Part shown: positions 1 to 11,963 of the stretch, piece after piece
Layout of the letters: each line of letters starts with the position of its first letter
How positions within the stretch are numbered: the first letter of the stretch is position 1
NCBI GenBank assembly: GCA_964016885.1
Contig: OZ024742.1
Location: forward strand, 217,744,001 to 217,808,000
Direction of reading: 5' to 3'
Length of the DNA: 64,000 nucleotides
Source of the DNA: Eledone cirrhosa
Taxonomy: Eukaryota
Notes under the pieces: generated by a model
Seen by the model: only the letters and a program-made list of their open reading frames with translations
Told to the model about the DNA's origin: nothing
The model's database searches: none
Made by a program: the position numbers and the translations under genes

Positions 1-45
1 AGAGGGACGATTCTTTTAAAAAACAGTTTTATAATGTATATAAAG

Positions 46-89
46 TATTACCGATTTCGATGTATTATTAAAATTCATCTTATCAAATG
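46..89 (-). ncRNA. Degenerate minimal hammerhead-ribozyme-like motif (U3-A8 core variant)
   Basis: Minus strand reads TTGATAA-GATG..CATC-GAAA-TCGG-TA. Stem II GATG/CATC pairs; stem I is weak. Confidence 0.4.
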
Positions 90-189
90 TTGAGTATTAC
101 AATTAAAAAGAGTTAAGAATTAAAAACTAAAAATTAAAGATTTAAAATTAAGAAGTAAGTTTTTTTAATCTTCCTTGTTGAAAAAGAGA

Positions 190-572
190 CTATGCAGTTG
201 TACAGAAGAGCAGCCTTCCCTTGCATACAAACTTAAACCTGCAGACAGGAGGCACCTTTGAACCCAATATACACCCCACACACCCTACTCCATCCTCCCA
301 TTTCCGTCTACTGTAAAATGGTCGTGTTGGTGACAAGACAAAAAGCACCCAGTCCACACTGTGAAGTGGTCATGTAGGAGACATGGTAAAATGGCTCCCA
401 GTCCACACTATAAATGTGGTTGGTGTTAGGAAGGGCATCCAGCTGTAGAAAATCTGCCAAGGACAGTTCTATACGAGCGAGACACGGTCTCTTAATCAAT
501 CCCACCTCAAGTGGAACAAATCCGTCCAACTCATGCTAGCGTGGAAGATGGCCGCTAAACGATGATGATGAT
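190..572 (+). mobile_element. 3' end/UTR of an RTE-type LINE with (GAT)n tail
   Basis: Colinear with the 3' UTR of the RTE at 10450-10846 (caggaggcacc..., gttggtgttaggaagggcatccagc...). Ends in aaacgatgatgatg. Confidence 0.7.
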
Positions 573-759
573 ATATATATAATGCATTTATATGCATACG
601 TATATAATGCATTTAATTAATCAACAAGTGTTCAAAGTTTTCTTGGAGACATGTTGATGGTGGACATCTCCCATCTCACACCTCCTCCCAAGTAGCTTTT
701 CCTACCTGACTATATGATATGTTCTAATGGAGGCTAATCACAGGATTCCCCACATGTAG

Positions 760-1075
760 CTACCCACTTTTCAACACTTTATTAAAACTCTCTTTTCAGC
801 CTTATCTATGGTTGTGAATCTCAGGTAATGACAAAAGAATTCATTCGCAAGAGTGAGTCTCACGAGCTGGAATGGCTTTACCAGCGCATCTCCCTCACTA
901 TCCTCTGGGGAAACGTATCTATTCTGTCCACTGGGGCCATGGGGCGGCCAGCGTGTGGGCCCCCATTTTCTGGTAATAATGAGAGATGGGGGTAGCGGGA
1001 GAGACGTAGGCGATGACAGTGGGAGTTTGGTTCCTCTGTGTTTGGACCTGGTGTACATGTGTATGTGACTGATTT
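760..1075. repeat. Unclassified dispersed repeat; inverted homologue at ~38690-38780
   Basis: The segment ccctcactatcctctgggg and its flanks match the reverse complement of 38690-38780. Confidence 0.55.
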
Positions 1076-1391
1076 CTTATAATAGCCGAACGATTTCCAG
1101 CTGCCATATATGGAAAATGAAGTTTTAAAGTTATTTATATCGTCATCATTTCAAAGATATGATATGTACGACATTTGATATGTACGACATTGTTATTTGT
1201 TTTATCTATGTATTTAAACTACCCTGTATATCTACCCTGTATTATTTCTTTATTGTTTCAGAGTATCAGATGATATTGGTATTAAAGAATTCTTTACATC
1301 AGATACATCATCAATATTTCTCATCTTTTGAAGACTATAGGAAGACATTATACAAAGCAGATATTAAAAAGGAGTTAAAAAAAGAGAAATT

Positions 1392-2165
1392 ATGGTAAAT
1401 GAATTACTGAAGAAAGAGGCTAAGATTAAAACAGAACCTGAAAGAAATGATTTTCCAGATGAGGGTCTGAAAGAGACAGAAGAAACATCATACGATTGTG
1501 ATGACTCTGGTAAACCTTTCTCCAAAGGATATCAACTCACTGCTAATGAACATATTTTTACAGCAGAGAAGCGATATCACTGTCTCATCTGTGGTAAATC
1601 ATTCTCTCAAAATTATGATTTAAGTAAGCACAAACGTATTCATACAGAAGAGAAGCCATATCACTGTGATATTTGTGGTAAATCATTCTCACAAAATGGT
1701 GACTTAGCTAAACACAAACGTGTTCATACAGGTGAGAAGCCATTTCAGTGTGATATTTGTGGGAGATCATTTTCTGGAAAAAGTGACGTAACTAAACACA
1801 AACGTGTTCATACAGGAGAGAAGAAATATCTCTGTGATATCTGTGGTCAGTCATTTTCTCATTCAAACACTTTAGTTAGACATAAACGCATTCATACAGG
1901 AGAGAAGCCATATCACTGTATTTTCTGTAGTAAATCATTCTCTAATAACACTCACTTAATAAATCACATACGTACTCATACAGGTGAGAAGCCGTATGAG
2001 TGTGGTATCTGTGCGAAATCATTCTCTCAAAGAAGTGATTTAAATACTCACAAGCGTACTCATACCAGGGAGAAGCCATATCACTGTGATATCTGTGATA
2101 AATCATTCACTAGAAATGGAAGCTTAACTGTACACAAGCGTATTCATACTGCAGAAGAGCTTTGA
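1392..2165 (+). CDS. C2H2 (Kruppel-type) zinc-finger protein, 257 aa, 7 intact fingers plus 1 degenerate N-terminal finger, single coding exon
   Basis: Seven CxxC-12-HxxxH repeats joined by TGEKP-type linkers. In-frame TAA at 1365 lies upstream of the ATG. A polypyrimidine/tttcag acceptor at ~1261 suggests an upstream non-coding exon. Confidence 0.9.
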   Translation: MVNELLKKEAKIKTEPERNDFPDEGLKETEETSYDCDDSGKPFSKGYQLTANEHIFTAEKRYHCLICGKSFSQNYDLSKHKRIHTEEKPYHCDICGKSFSQNGDLAKHKRVHTGEKPFQCDICGRSFSGKSDVTKHKRVHTGEKKYLCDICGQSFSHSNTLVRHKRIHTGEKPYHCIFCSKSFSNNTHLINHIRTHTGEKPYECGICAKSFSQRSDLNTHKRTHTREKPYHCDICDKSFTRNGSLTVHKRIHTAEEL

Positions 2166-2219
2166 AATCACATACCATAATCATAAGACATTCATGCAGG
2201 AGAGAGGTTTTATCACTGT

Positions 2220-2376
2220 GATCATCGTCATCATTTAATTTCCATTTTCAACGCTAGCATGGGTTAGATGTGTTGCCTCATTGTGAGACAAGACAGATCA
2301 GGTGAGCATGCCATGCTCATACAGAACTGTTTCTGGCTTTGTTTCTATGGCTGGACCCCTTTCCTACTGCCAATCA
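2220..2376 (-). mobile_element. RTE-type 3'-tail fragment inserted in the ZNF 3' region
   Basis: catcgtcatcatttaa...ttcaacgctagcatggg...cttcctactgccaa is the reverse complement of the RTE tail at 420-572. Confidence 0.6.
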
Positions 2377-3156
2377 AATTAGTAAATCATTTTCTCAAAG
2401 CAACACGTGAATCAATATAGATCAATAACCATATCAGTGTGAAATGTCATACTATAAAAAAATATTGTTCACTTCCTGTTCTTATTTTGATTACTTGTTT
2501 TCTAAATAGTCTGCATCTGGCAGTAGCACAGTGAAATCATTGCTGGCTTAAATTTTCTATATTTACAAAAATGTCGCTTGACAACAACCCAGATAAAAAT
2601 AGTTATGATGACTCCTAGGGGTATATTAAGCCTATCTCTCTTGGCTTTGTTATCTGGTCTCAAACTTCTGACAGCTGATGTTTGGCTGTAGCAGGCAGGT
2701 CACTATGGCCAACTGAAAGAGCTATGCCATTACCATGAGAGTTTAGTAAATCTGTATCTTCAAATTCACACATTCACTCCCACTTCCTCATTTACTGAAA
2801 ACACCGGCAGAAGCTGTCTAATTTCTTAACCTCTCCACACATGCATTTATCTTACAAATTCCACCATATCTAATCATGATTACAACCAAATACTCTCATG
2901 TATATAACTACTTTTATGTATGAACTCTACATTTTACCTGTGTATTGACGAAAACACAGTCTTCGTCATTTCAAACTTTTACCTATTTCTGTTTGCCACA
3001 TGGTTTTGTTGAATTCCATGGCAGAAATAAAAACATCTAAATTTGCAGTTTTTGTTTCCCTCTTGCTCTTTCTCACTGCTGCAATCACACATCAACTCAT
3101 GACAATGCATATGACGAATGCGCACCAGCTAACACATTTTTTATACATACATACAT

Positions 3157-3205
<49 letters not shown>

Positions 3206-3209
<4 letters not shown>

Positions 3210-4878
3210 AAAATTGGACGGGAACGAAAGACAAAGGTTTATTAGGTTCACACTCTTGAGAGTTGGGGGAGGGGGACGACGTTTCGGGCATAAGTCCTTC
3301 TTCAGGAGAAAATTGGGTAGGAAGAGAGTTCCGAGGGTGTGTAGAGGAGGGGTCGAAAGACATTTAGAAAAAAGAGGGAAGGAGAACAAATAAAAATAAA
3401 AATAAATGATAAAATGAATAAGTGGTGGAAGGGTGTGAGGCGTGTAAGGGTGGTGGTGGGTGGAGTTGGGAGAGGGAGGCGGGGTTTCGAAGCGGGGAAG
3501 GCTGAAGTTGGTGTTTGTGTATGTGTGTTTGTGTACGTGTGTGTGTGTGTATGTGAATGTGAGAGTTTGGGGAAGAACGAGGTTCCATGTTCAGGAAAAG
3601 GGTGGGGTGTAAGTCGGTGTGTGCGCGCGTGTTGAAGGAGAGGGGTCTGGGGGTTGGGGAGGGGACGTGTGGATTCCGGAGGCTGAGTGTGTATATGTAG
3701 GGGTACGCACGTGTGTGTTTGTTTATACGTGGTGTGGATGTAGGTGGCGTGTGCGAAAAAAAATGTGAGTATGTCCGTGGGTAAGTTCCTAAGGTAGTTC
3801 CATTGAGTGTGCGAGGTGCTGGATATTTTTCATGTTATGGAGTGGATGGCTGGAACGATGACCGGTGGTGTAGAATCCAGTGTTGGTGGTGGTCGGAAGT
3901 GGAGGAAAGTGGGGTGTGCGCTAACAGGAAGTGGTCAGAGAGTCAAGGAAGGGTGAAGAGATAGCAGTAGAGGATGACAGGTGGAGAAATGGTCAGTGTG
4001 GTGAGGACTGTGTGTGCGGAGGAGCGGTGGACAGGGGAGAGGATAGGTAGGTGTGATGGGTGGAGCGGGAAGGTGATGATGTGGGGGGATGGGGTGTATA
4101 TTAGTAGAGGTGTTAGTGGGGTGTGTGTGTGAAGGGGTGTAGGTGGAGCGGGGAGAGAGAGAGGGAGAGAAGAGGTGTTGGGGACGGGGGAGGGAGTGTA
4201 GTATACTGGTGTGTGTGTGCGTGTTTGGATGAGTGTGTGTGTGGTAAAGCGGGGGGGGGGTTAGTGGGTGTTAGTATACTGGTGGTGGGGAAAGGGTTGA
4301 AAGCGGGTGTGTAAGTGGGGGTTAGTGGTGGTTGGGTGGTTGGTTAGTGGTGGTTGGGTGTGTCTGTGTGTGTGTGTGATGGTGTGTGTGTGTGTGTGTG
4401 TCATGTTAGTATTGTTAGTTGTGGGATGGGCCAAGGGGGGTGAGGCGGTGAAAAGGAGGAGCGTGTTAGTGGTGTTAGTGGGGAATGTGTGGGAGGAAGG
4501 CTGGGCGGTCAAAGGCTAAAGGAATAAAGGTGGGGAGTTCAGGCCGGGGGTGTGTGTGGGTCTGGAGGGTGAAGATGGTGCGTTCGACCGTGAGGTGGGT
4601 GGCGGGTGTTCCATGGCATTGGAGTAGGCCACAGACTGAGGTGGTGTCCAGGGGAACAAAAGTGGCGGGCGATCGGGGAACTCCCGCCAAGACGAATATC
4701 ACAGAGGATATTCCGTGAAAGGGTCCGCCAGGCGACGTCCAGTCTTTCAGACGTATTTGCGCTGCACTCCGTGCAGCGAAATCCATAGACTAGGCTAGAG
4801 GAGGTGCAGCGGAAGGCATGCCGGACAGAGAGAGAGAGTGGCCGTTGGGACCATGGAAGGTGGTGGTGTTGGTGATAT
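3206..4878 (-). mobile_element. 5'-truncated Penelope-like element: decayed GIY-YIG C-terminus, long low-complexity 3' UTR, hammerhead motif, AATAAA, ending at (TA)n
   Basis: Minus strand 4878-4700 translates, with frameshifts, as ...HAFRCTSSSLVYGFRCTECS..YV*KTGRRLAD.F.E (GIY-YIG). Hammerhead core at 3275-3305; AATAAA at ~3238-3243. Confidence 0.7.
3271..3309 (-). ncRNA. Minimal PLE-type hammerhead ribozyme motif
   Basis: CTGAAGA-AGGACTTATGCCC-GAAACGTC. The core is intact; stems are imperfect. Confidence 0.55.
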
Positions 4879-5759
4879 ATTGCTATATAATGGATGATCT
4901 CATTTAAAGTCCGTTAAAGGTTCTTGGCACTACCATTGTTACCATCGCTTTCCTCTAGCCATGGGGCGTGGAGACATGAACCGAATGCTACCATTCTATT
5001 TTATATCAATGTGAACTGCTATTTCTAATGGCCATCTTTTCACCCCTTGATAATTTGTGTGTGAGACACGTTGGCTGAGACTTCTGACAGGAACTAAAAG
5101 ATTGATTCTTTTTAGCTTCCCGTCCCCACGTAAAATTTGTAAATCAGTGGCTAGTTGAGAGATAGAGTCCTATCGGGTGCCAGTGGCTAATAGCTTTACC
5201 GTGTCAGTCGTCACAAACAGTCATGGCCGGCATAGACTGGTCTTAGGATTCTGTTGGTTATTGATTAGGCAATACTCGCTGATGAAGCCGCATAAGCCGA
5301 TTGTGCATTGTTGCATAATATATGCAGACAGATGGTGCAGTGCACCTTACTGCTGCATTAGTGCGGCAGAAACTCGAGTCCAGGAACCTTATAGGCACCC
5401 GTTTTACGTGTGTTGTGTTGAAGCAAATAACTTTGTGCATACTCTGGTAATGTATCTTACATTGCCCATGGAGTGTGCAACAGGTACTGGTATTGATAAA
5501 TATGCTGGGTCCGTCAACCCTTATTATTATTATCTCCCAACTAGCGGACTATTGAGAGTAAGTTAAACAATTTTTCACTTTTTATTGTGTTTTTGTTTTG
5601 ATATGCACTCTTTTTTCCTGCTATTAATTTTGTCTCTCACACTTTTAAGTTGTGAAATAGACTGGTTATCTACGCTCGCGGCTGACACATTTCAGCACGC
5701 TACTATATTGCTATATCATAGATGATCGCATTTAAAGTCCGTTAAAGGTTCTTGGCACT
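4876..5759 (+). mobile_element. Non-coding element with 56-bp terminal direct repeats and a central hammerhead (non-autonomous PLE/retrozyme-like)
   Basis: 4876-4931 matches 5704-5759 (tatattgctata...ggttcttggcact). Hammerhead at 5279-5380. No credible ORF. Confidence 0.65.
5275..5385 (+). ncRNA. Type I hammerhead ribozyme with long loop II and palindromic stem III
   Basis: CTGATGA-AGCCGCA...TGCGGCA-GAAA-CTCGAG-TC, giving a GUC cleavage triplet. Confidence 0.75.
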
Positions 5760-6001
5760 GAAAATACAGAAATTGAAATAACTCACACAAATACACATGA
5801 AAAAACCAACAACAACAACAAAACTGAAAAAACAACATTCGCACAGACTGTAATAAACAAAACAGAATATTAAGAGTTGGACATCAACAATTCAAAACAG
5901 ATGTCTGATGCCAAACAATTTATAACATTTGAAGAAAAGAGTGGGTTTCAAATAAACTCAGCCTTGGAAATTAAACGAGAAACAGTTTGAAGGACAGTAA
6001 C

Positions 6002-8480
6002 AAAATAGAAAGAGAACTAGTAGCCAAGGTGGAGGAGGCGCTTAGGAGTGGCAATGCAGCTAGAGTGTTAGCATCGAGAACGGCACTAGTCCAGTTCTTC
6101 GATGCGTGGTCAGAAGTAAATCACGTGCTCTAGGAAACGAAGGAGCAAAAGCTGTTAGCTGGGCCCGAGTGGCGGAGGCGAAAAGTGGCAACAAGTACAC
6201 GATTCGGTCTTTGAAACACCAAAACGGACGCGTGCTACTTGACCCCAAGCAAATGTGTGTGGCCTTTCAGCAACACTTTGCGCGACTGTTTGAGCAGAAC
6301 GACGGTGCGCCGGACGAGGCAATTAACTTTGGTTCATACCTCCACGGCCTGCCACGGCGTCTCTTGAGCATGGACGCCGAGTTCTGCGAAAGACCGATCA
6401 CAGACACTGAGATACGGGATGCTCTGGGCCGCTGCGGGAAACGTAAATCACCCGGTCTAGATGGTCTACCCTATGAGTTTTACATAGGCATGCCAGACTT
6501 GTTCTCTGGCGTCCTCGAAGCAGTCTACTGCAACTGGCAGCAGAACGGGAGGATTCCCAGTTCTGTAGGCAGAGGCGTAGTAACGCTGATCAGGAAAGAT
6601 GAGAACAAGGGGAACGAGAGAAGCAATTTCAGGCCCATAACTCTACTCAACACAGAGTTAAAGATTTTGGCCAAGGTGTTAGCAGCGAGGCTGGCGCTTG
6701 TCTTCGAGAACCTAGTAGGGGAAGCGCAAATGTGTGCAATCCCGACCAGGTCCATACACGACAACCTCCACCTCATGCGATACATCATAGAGAGGGTTGG
6801 TGTAAACCTGGCTTCGGTGGGGCTCTGATCAATTTAGATCAGTGTAAGGCATTTGATAGGGTCGACCATCAATACTTGGAAGCGGTTCTCAAAGCGGCCG
6901 GCTTCGGTCCCATCTTCAGAGGCTGGATCGCTGTCATACACACCAGCATCTACTCGGCAGTCAAGGTGAATTACTACCTATCGGAGCCATTCCAAATCTT
7001 GCGTTCCATCCGTCAGGGATGCCCTCTCTCCTCCATTCTGTATGTACTGACTCTCGAGCCATTACTGCGGAAGTTGGAGCTGTTGCAGGGCATCCCGATT
7101 GAACCAGGACTGCGGAAAGCAGTGTTGTTCTATGCCGACGACATAACCGTAATGGTGTCGAAAACCTCGGAAATCGAGGTAATCGGCAACCTATCACAGT
7201 AATACGAAACGTTGACAGGAGTAAGACTAAACCCAAACAAGTCTGTCGGTTTGCAACTCGGCACAGTGTCGTTGGACGCTGTACGGTAGGACCGGTGAAA
7301 TTGCTAGGCGTCTGGTTTGGTCCAGACCTGTAGGTGGACAAGAACTGGAACAAGGTCACGGCGAAGGTGTTTGCACTCACCCAGAAGTGGGCTGAGTGCA
7401 CACTCTCCATGAAAGGTCGAGCGGAGGTGGCGAACACTTACATAGCATCTGTCATCTACTACTGCTTGACAGTCATGCTTTGTCCCTGCGAATACCTCAC
7501 CAAAATGGAACGCCTACTCTTCAAGTTCCTCTGGAAGAAACAGGCTCCATTGGTGAGGAGATCCATCTGCTGTCAACACCCTTCTAACGGAGGGCTGGAC
7601 ATGCCGTGGCTGATGATGCGCAAACACGTGCCGAGGCTACGTCATCTCCAGGTATTCCTGACCGGTGAACCGGTGTGGCTGTCCTTTGTGAGACAAGCTC
7701 TTCCACAACTCGTCTCACTAACAGAGCTGCAGTCCTGAGTCAAGCGAAGATCAAAAATGGGTGCCTGGCACCTCGAGTGCCTTCAGCCGCTCACATCCCT
7801 CTACCAAGCGGAAACGGCAATCAGCGGAGACTCCACTTCGACATTCTATAGGGGATTAGTGGAGGATAAGTGCGACAACGTTCTCGGGGAAACTCTAGGC
7901 ATCGAGGAGGACGAACTGACCAGTAAGTTCGGGAGGACTTTCCGTCCAGGGCCTATGGATAACTTCCAGAGGTCTCTGGCCTGGCAATGCTACTGAGGAG
8001 CTCTACCAGTTCGAGACAAAATCTACAGGCACGGACGCCCGAGCAAAAATCCTGCCAAAAGGATCTGTTCAAGAGGCGAGCAGGACATCGAAACTGTTCT
8101 GCACGCAATTGTTCAGTGTCCAGGGGTGACCGACCTGTAGAATTATGTCGAACAGCTACTGTCACGTGTGGGACGCATCCAGTTGTCAGTCGAGTCCATC
8201 GTGAGGATCACCCCGCCGCCTTCATTTAAGAATGCAGGAGAGGCAGTTTTCCTCTGTCTGGTGGCTACGGCGAAAGAGGTAATATGGTGGATGAGGTTAA
8301 AAGGACTGAGGGAAAACACCTTTCTCTACGGACAACAACTTATCCCCTTCTTTAAGTACCACTTCAGAAGGAAGGTGAGAGTGGAGAGAGAGGTGCTACG
8401 CCCCAGTAAATTCGCTGAAAGGTGGGTGAATGTGCCGAAATAGGCCCGAGTGAATGGGCCTTCTCTGTATATAAACCTGT
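6002..8480 (+). mobile_element. Tx1/L1-clade LINE ORF2 (linker, RT, C-terminus), frameshifted
   Basis: Motifs KSPGLDGLPYEFY, NFRPITLLNTELKILAKVLA, LDQCKAFDRVDH, RQGCPLS and FYADDI occur in successive ORF fragments. Confidence 0.85.
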
Positions 8481-8526
8481 AGGTTGAGGAAGATAAACAA
8501 AGGGAAGACAGGAACACCTACAAAAC

Positions 8527-9424
8527 GTGTTCCTGGTTGTCATGTTTCGGAAGAACCTGGACGTCGAAGTACAGCAAGTACACTTGGACCCGGCGGGTAG
8601 ACTGGTAGTCCTAGACGTGAACAGTATTGGAGGTGGAGTCTTCAGACTGGTGGCCGTTTATGCTCCGACCGAGCAATCACAATCATGGCCAGACTTCTTT
8701 AAGCGTCTAGAATCTTTTCTGGGAAAGTCTCGCTCCTTACTTTTAGTGGGGAACTGGAATGGTATCCTAGATGCACGATAGGACCATGTGGGAGCATGTC
8801 CCAGTAGAGGGGTGTGCAACAGCCTCAAAACTTTAATCGGCCAATTCCAACTGACTGATAGGTATCGACTGAATTTCCCGACTGCACCACAGTGGACGTG
8901 GGCAAACCGCAGCGGGACATCTAGATCGTATTTAGATAGGGACAAGGAGATGTTAAGCTGTCCACGAATGCACATGGTTGCCTATCCAGATCACAAATTA
9001 GTCGTCTGCTTAGTCAACCGTGATAGAATACATAGACAAGGACCCGGATACTGGAAGCTGAACGTGTCGTTTCCGGCACGTAAAGCTTACAGTGAATGGA
9101 TAAGTAGACTAGTCAAGCAACAGTTAACGGGAGCCATCGTCAACAATAAATGGTGGTACTCTCTCAAGAAAGCAATTAGAATCGATAGGGTTAGAGAGTT
9201 AGCCTTAGAGAAAAAGAAAATAGAAAGAGAACTAGTAGCCAAGGTAGAGGAGGCACTTAGAAGTGGCAACGTGGCTAGAGTGTTAGCGTCGAGAACGGAG
9301 CTGGACCAGTTCTTCGATGCGAAGCACACGGCTGCTTGGTCAGAAGCAAAACACGTGCTCTAGGAAACGAAGGAGCGAAAGCTGTCAGCTGGGCCCGAGT
9401 GGCGGAGGCGAAAAGTGGCAACAA
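8527..9424 (+). mobile_element. Tx1/L1-clade LINE APE endonuclease region, same family as 6002-8480
   Basis: DPAGRLVVLD, LVAVYAP, VGNWN, SYLDR, DHKLV, GPGYWKLN. 9217-9424 repeats 6002-6194. Confidence 0.8.
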
Positions 9425-10846
9425 TCCCCCTCCTATTTATTATTGCCCTTCAGGCTATAACAGAGGAGTTTAAGACCGGCTGCCCATGGGAACTTCTATA
9501 TGCAGATGATCTAACACTCATAGTTGAATCAATGGCTGAACTAGAGAAGAAATTCCAAACATGGAAGCATGGCCTAGAATCAAAAGGCCTTAAAGTTAAC
9601 TTGTCTAAGACTAAAGTTTTAGTATGTAGGAAGGAAAATAGGGCACAGGTCCCCTCTGGGAAATGGCCATGCTCAGTGTGTAGGAAAGGAGGAGGCAGAA
9701 ATTCAATTTTATGTCCCAAATGCAAAGTATGGATGCATAAAAGATGTAGTGGGATCACAGGTAAGCTATCTAAGAACATAGATTTTATATGTGGCCGGTG
9801 CTCTGGTGTAATAAGTACCCACAACATACTAGCTCCTTCTATTGCCCAGATGGCTCTATAGAAATAGTGGACACCTTCCGTTACCTGGGTGACAAAATCA
9901 GCAGTGTTGGATGGTGCTCTGAAAGTACAGTAACCAGAGTCAGAACGGGATGGAAAAAGTTCAGAGAGCTTATACCACTATTGGCCACAAAAGGTTTCTC
10001 TTTAAAAATGAAAGGCAGATTGTATGATGCCTGTATATGAACAGCAATGTTACATGGCAGTGAGACATGGGCATTGTATGCAGAGGATCTGCGCAGACTG
10101 GAGAGGAACGAAGCATGCATGCTCCGCTGGATGTGTAATAGTAATATACGTGAACAGCAAAGCATAAATGAACTAAGTGAGAAGTTAGGAATAAGAGGGA
10201 TCAGATGCTGTTTACTCGAGAGAAGACTCCGTTGGTATGGTCACGTGATGCGCATGAAAGACGACAGCTGTATAAAAAAGTGCAGGGCGATCAAAATTGA
10301 CGGAAGTTATGGAGTAGGCAGACCCAGAAAAACCTGGGACGATTTGATAAATTCCGACCTTATACACTTATAAGACAATGTCACTGGACCGAGATCTTTG
10401 GCGTTACGCAGTAATACAGAAAACCCGCCTTGCCTAAGTACAAAGCGAAACCTACAGTCAGGAGGCACCTCTTAATCAAATATACACCCCCATCCCACTA
10501 CCCCAACTCCCCCACCCCCATCAACACCACCCCTTTCTCTGTAAAGTTATGTTGGTACCACAACATCCAGTCCTAAATAAATGAGGTCGTATAGGTGGCA
10601 CGACAAAAAAAAAAAAAAAACACAGTTCACGCTGTAATGTGGCCGTGTAGGTAACACGGTAAAAACCTCCCAGTCCACACTGTAAACGTGGTTGGTGTTA
10701 GGAAGAGTATCCAGCCGTAGAAAACCTGCCAGACAGTCCTATACGAGCGAGACGACCAATCTTGCCTCAAGTGGGACAATTCTCGTCTAAACCCATGCTA
10801 ACGTGGAAGATAGATGTTAAACGATGATGATGATGATGATGATGAT
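9425..10846 (+). mobile_element. RTE-type LINE 3' fragment (RT end, PHD-like Cys cluster, 3' UTR, (GAT)n tail)
   Basis: LLYADDL, CSVC..CPKC..HKRC..CGRC, FRYLG, RRLRWYGHVMR, GRPRKTW; tail gatgatgat at 10823-10846. Confidence 0.85.
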
Positions 10847-10992
10847 ACATATATCTAAAAAGCCTAAAGTCTGTCTTAAGCCAGAAGGCTCATTTGGCCG
10901 GTGCTTATCATGGAGTGAAGCGACTGAGAGTACAAGACTCCCCCCTGGACAGGACGCCAGTCCATCGCATATATATATATATATATACACAC

Positions 10993-11671
10993 ATATGAGC
11001 GGAACAAGTAAACATTAAACAATCTTTTAAATAAATTAAAATACGATTTAAATATTTACCTCTTCTATTGTCATGACCGACGGTTTCGCTTATCCAAAGA
11101 TTGGAAATTCAGAGAATTTCCAATGGGAAAATATAGCTCTTCAGATAGCTTTTCCAAACTTACTAGATATAAATCCAAGTAAATACCTACTGGAATATCT
11201 ATATCATTTATCTGTATTCTCCTTAATGTTGAGAAAAAATGTTGTATCATGCTGCTATTTCTAGTAACATGAAATATCAACGAGTCTATAGTTCCCGCTT
11301 TTCTTACGGCCTATTTGTGTGTGGGTCATTTTAACGGCTTGATTCATTCACCGGGCAGAAAGCGATACATCTACTTACTTGGATTTATATCTAGTAAGTT
11401 TGGAAAAGCTATCTGAAGAGCTATATCTTTCCATTGGAAATTCTCTGAATTTCAAATCTTTTGATAAGCGAAACCGTCGGTCATGGCATTAGAAGAGGTA
11501 AATATTTAAATCGTATTTTAATTTATTTAAAAGATTGTTTAATGTTTACTTGTTCCGCTCATATTTACAGTTCTGGTATCTCAAATTAGTACCATAGAAC
11601 AATCACTATTATAGACACCATATATATTTCCGTGGGTACTTAATACCTACTAGAATATCTATATCATTTAT
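10993..11671 (+). mobile_element. 460-bp non-coding hammerhead-bearing unit with a 30-bp terminal direct repeat, preceded by a ~190-bp inverted copy
   Basis: 10993-11184 is the reverse complement of 11372-11564. 11182-11211 matches 11642-11671. Flanked by (TA)n. Confidence 0.75.
11408..11487 (+). ncRNA. Type I hammerhead ribozyme (mirror copy on the minus strand at ~11070-11149)
   Basis: GCTAT-CTGAAGA-GCT...AGC-GAAA-CCGTCGG-TC-ATGGC. Stem I GCTAT/ATGGC is fully paired. Confidence 0.8.
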
Positions 11672-11757
11672 ATACACACATATACATTTATATAATTCAT
11701 ATATATATACACATACATATTTACACATATACATTTATATATATATAACGAAGGAAA

Positions 11758-11940
11758 TGTGGTAAAAAACCAGATGGACCATAACGCACCAAAGTACTCA
11801 ATACTTAATGTAGTAGAGTGGGTAATAGGAACAAGTAAAACCACGACGGCAGAGCTCAAGTCGTTTCAACGGTTAATTCTGGACTGAATTAGCCGTTGAA
11901 ACGGCTTGAGCTCTGCCGTCGGGGTCTTACTTGTTCCTAT
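11758..11940. repeat. Fold-back hairpin (~55-bp arms) derived from a PLE 3' end
   Basis: Arms at ~11825-11879 and ~11886-11940. Homologous to 53100-53272 and 58513-58564. Confidence 0.7.
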
Positions 11941-11963
11941 ATATATATATATATATATACATA

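Noticed and set aside
1159-1398. 79-aa ORF upstream of the ZNF
   Set aside because: It spans a likely splice acceptor in AT-rich sequence and has no domain.
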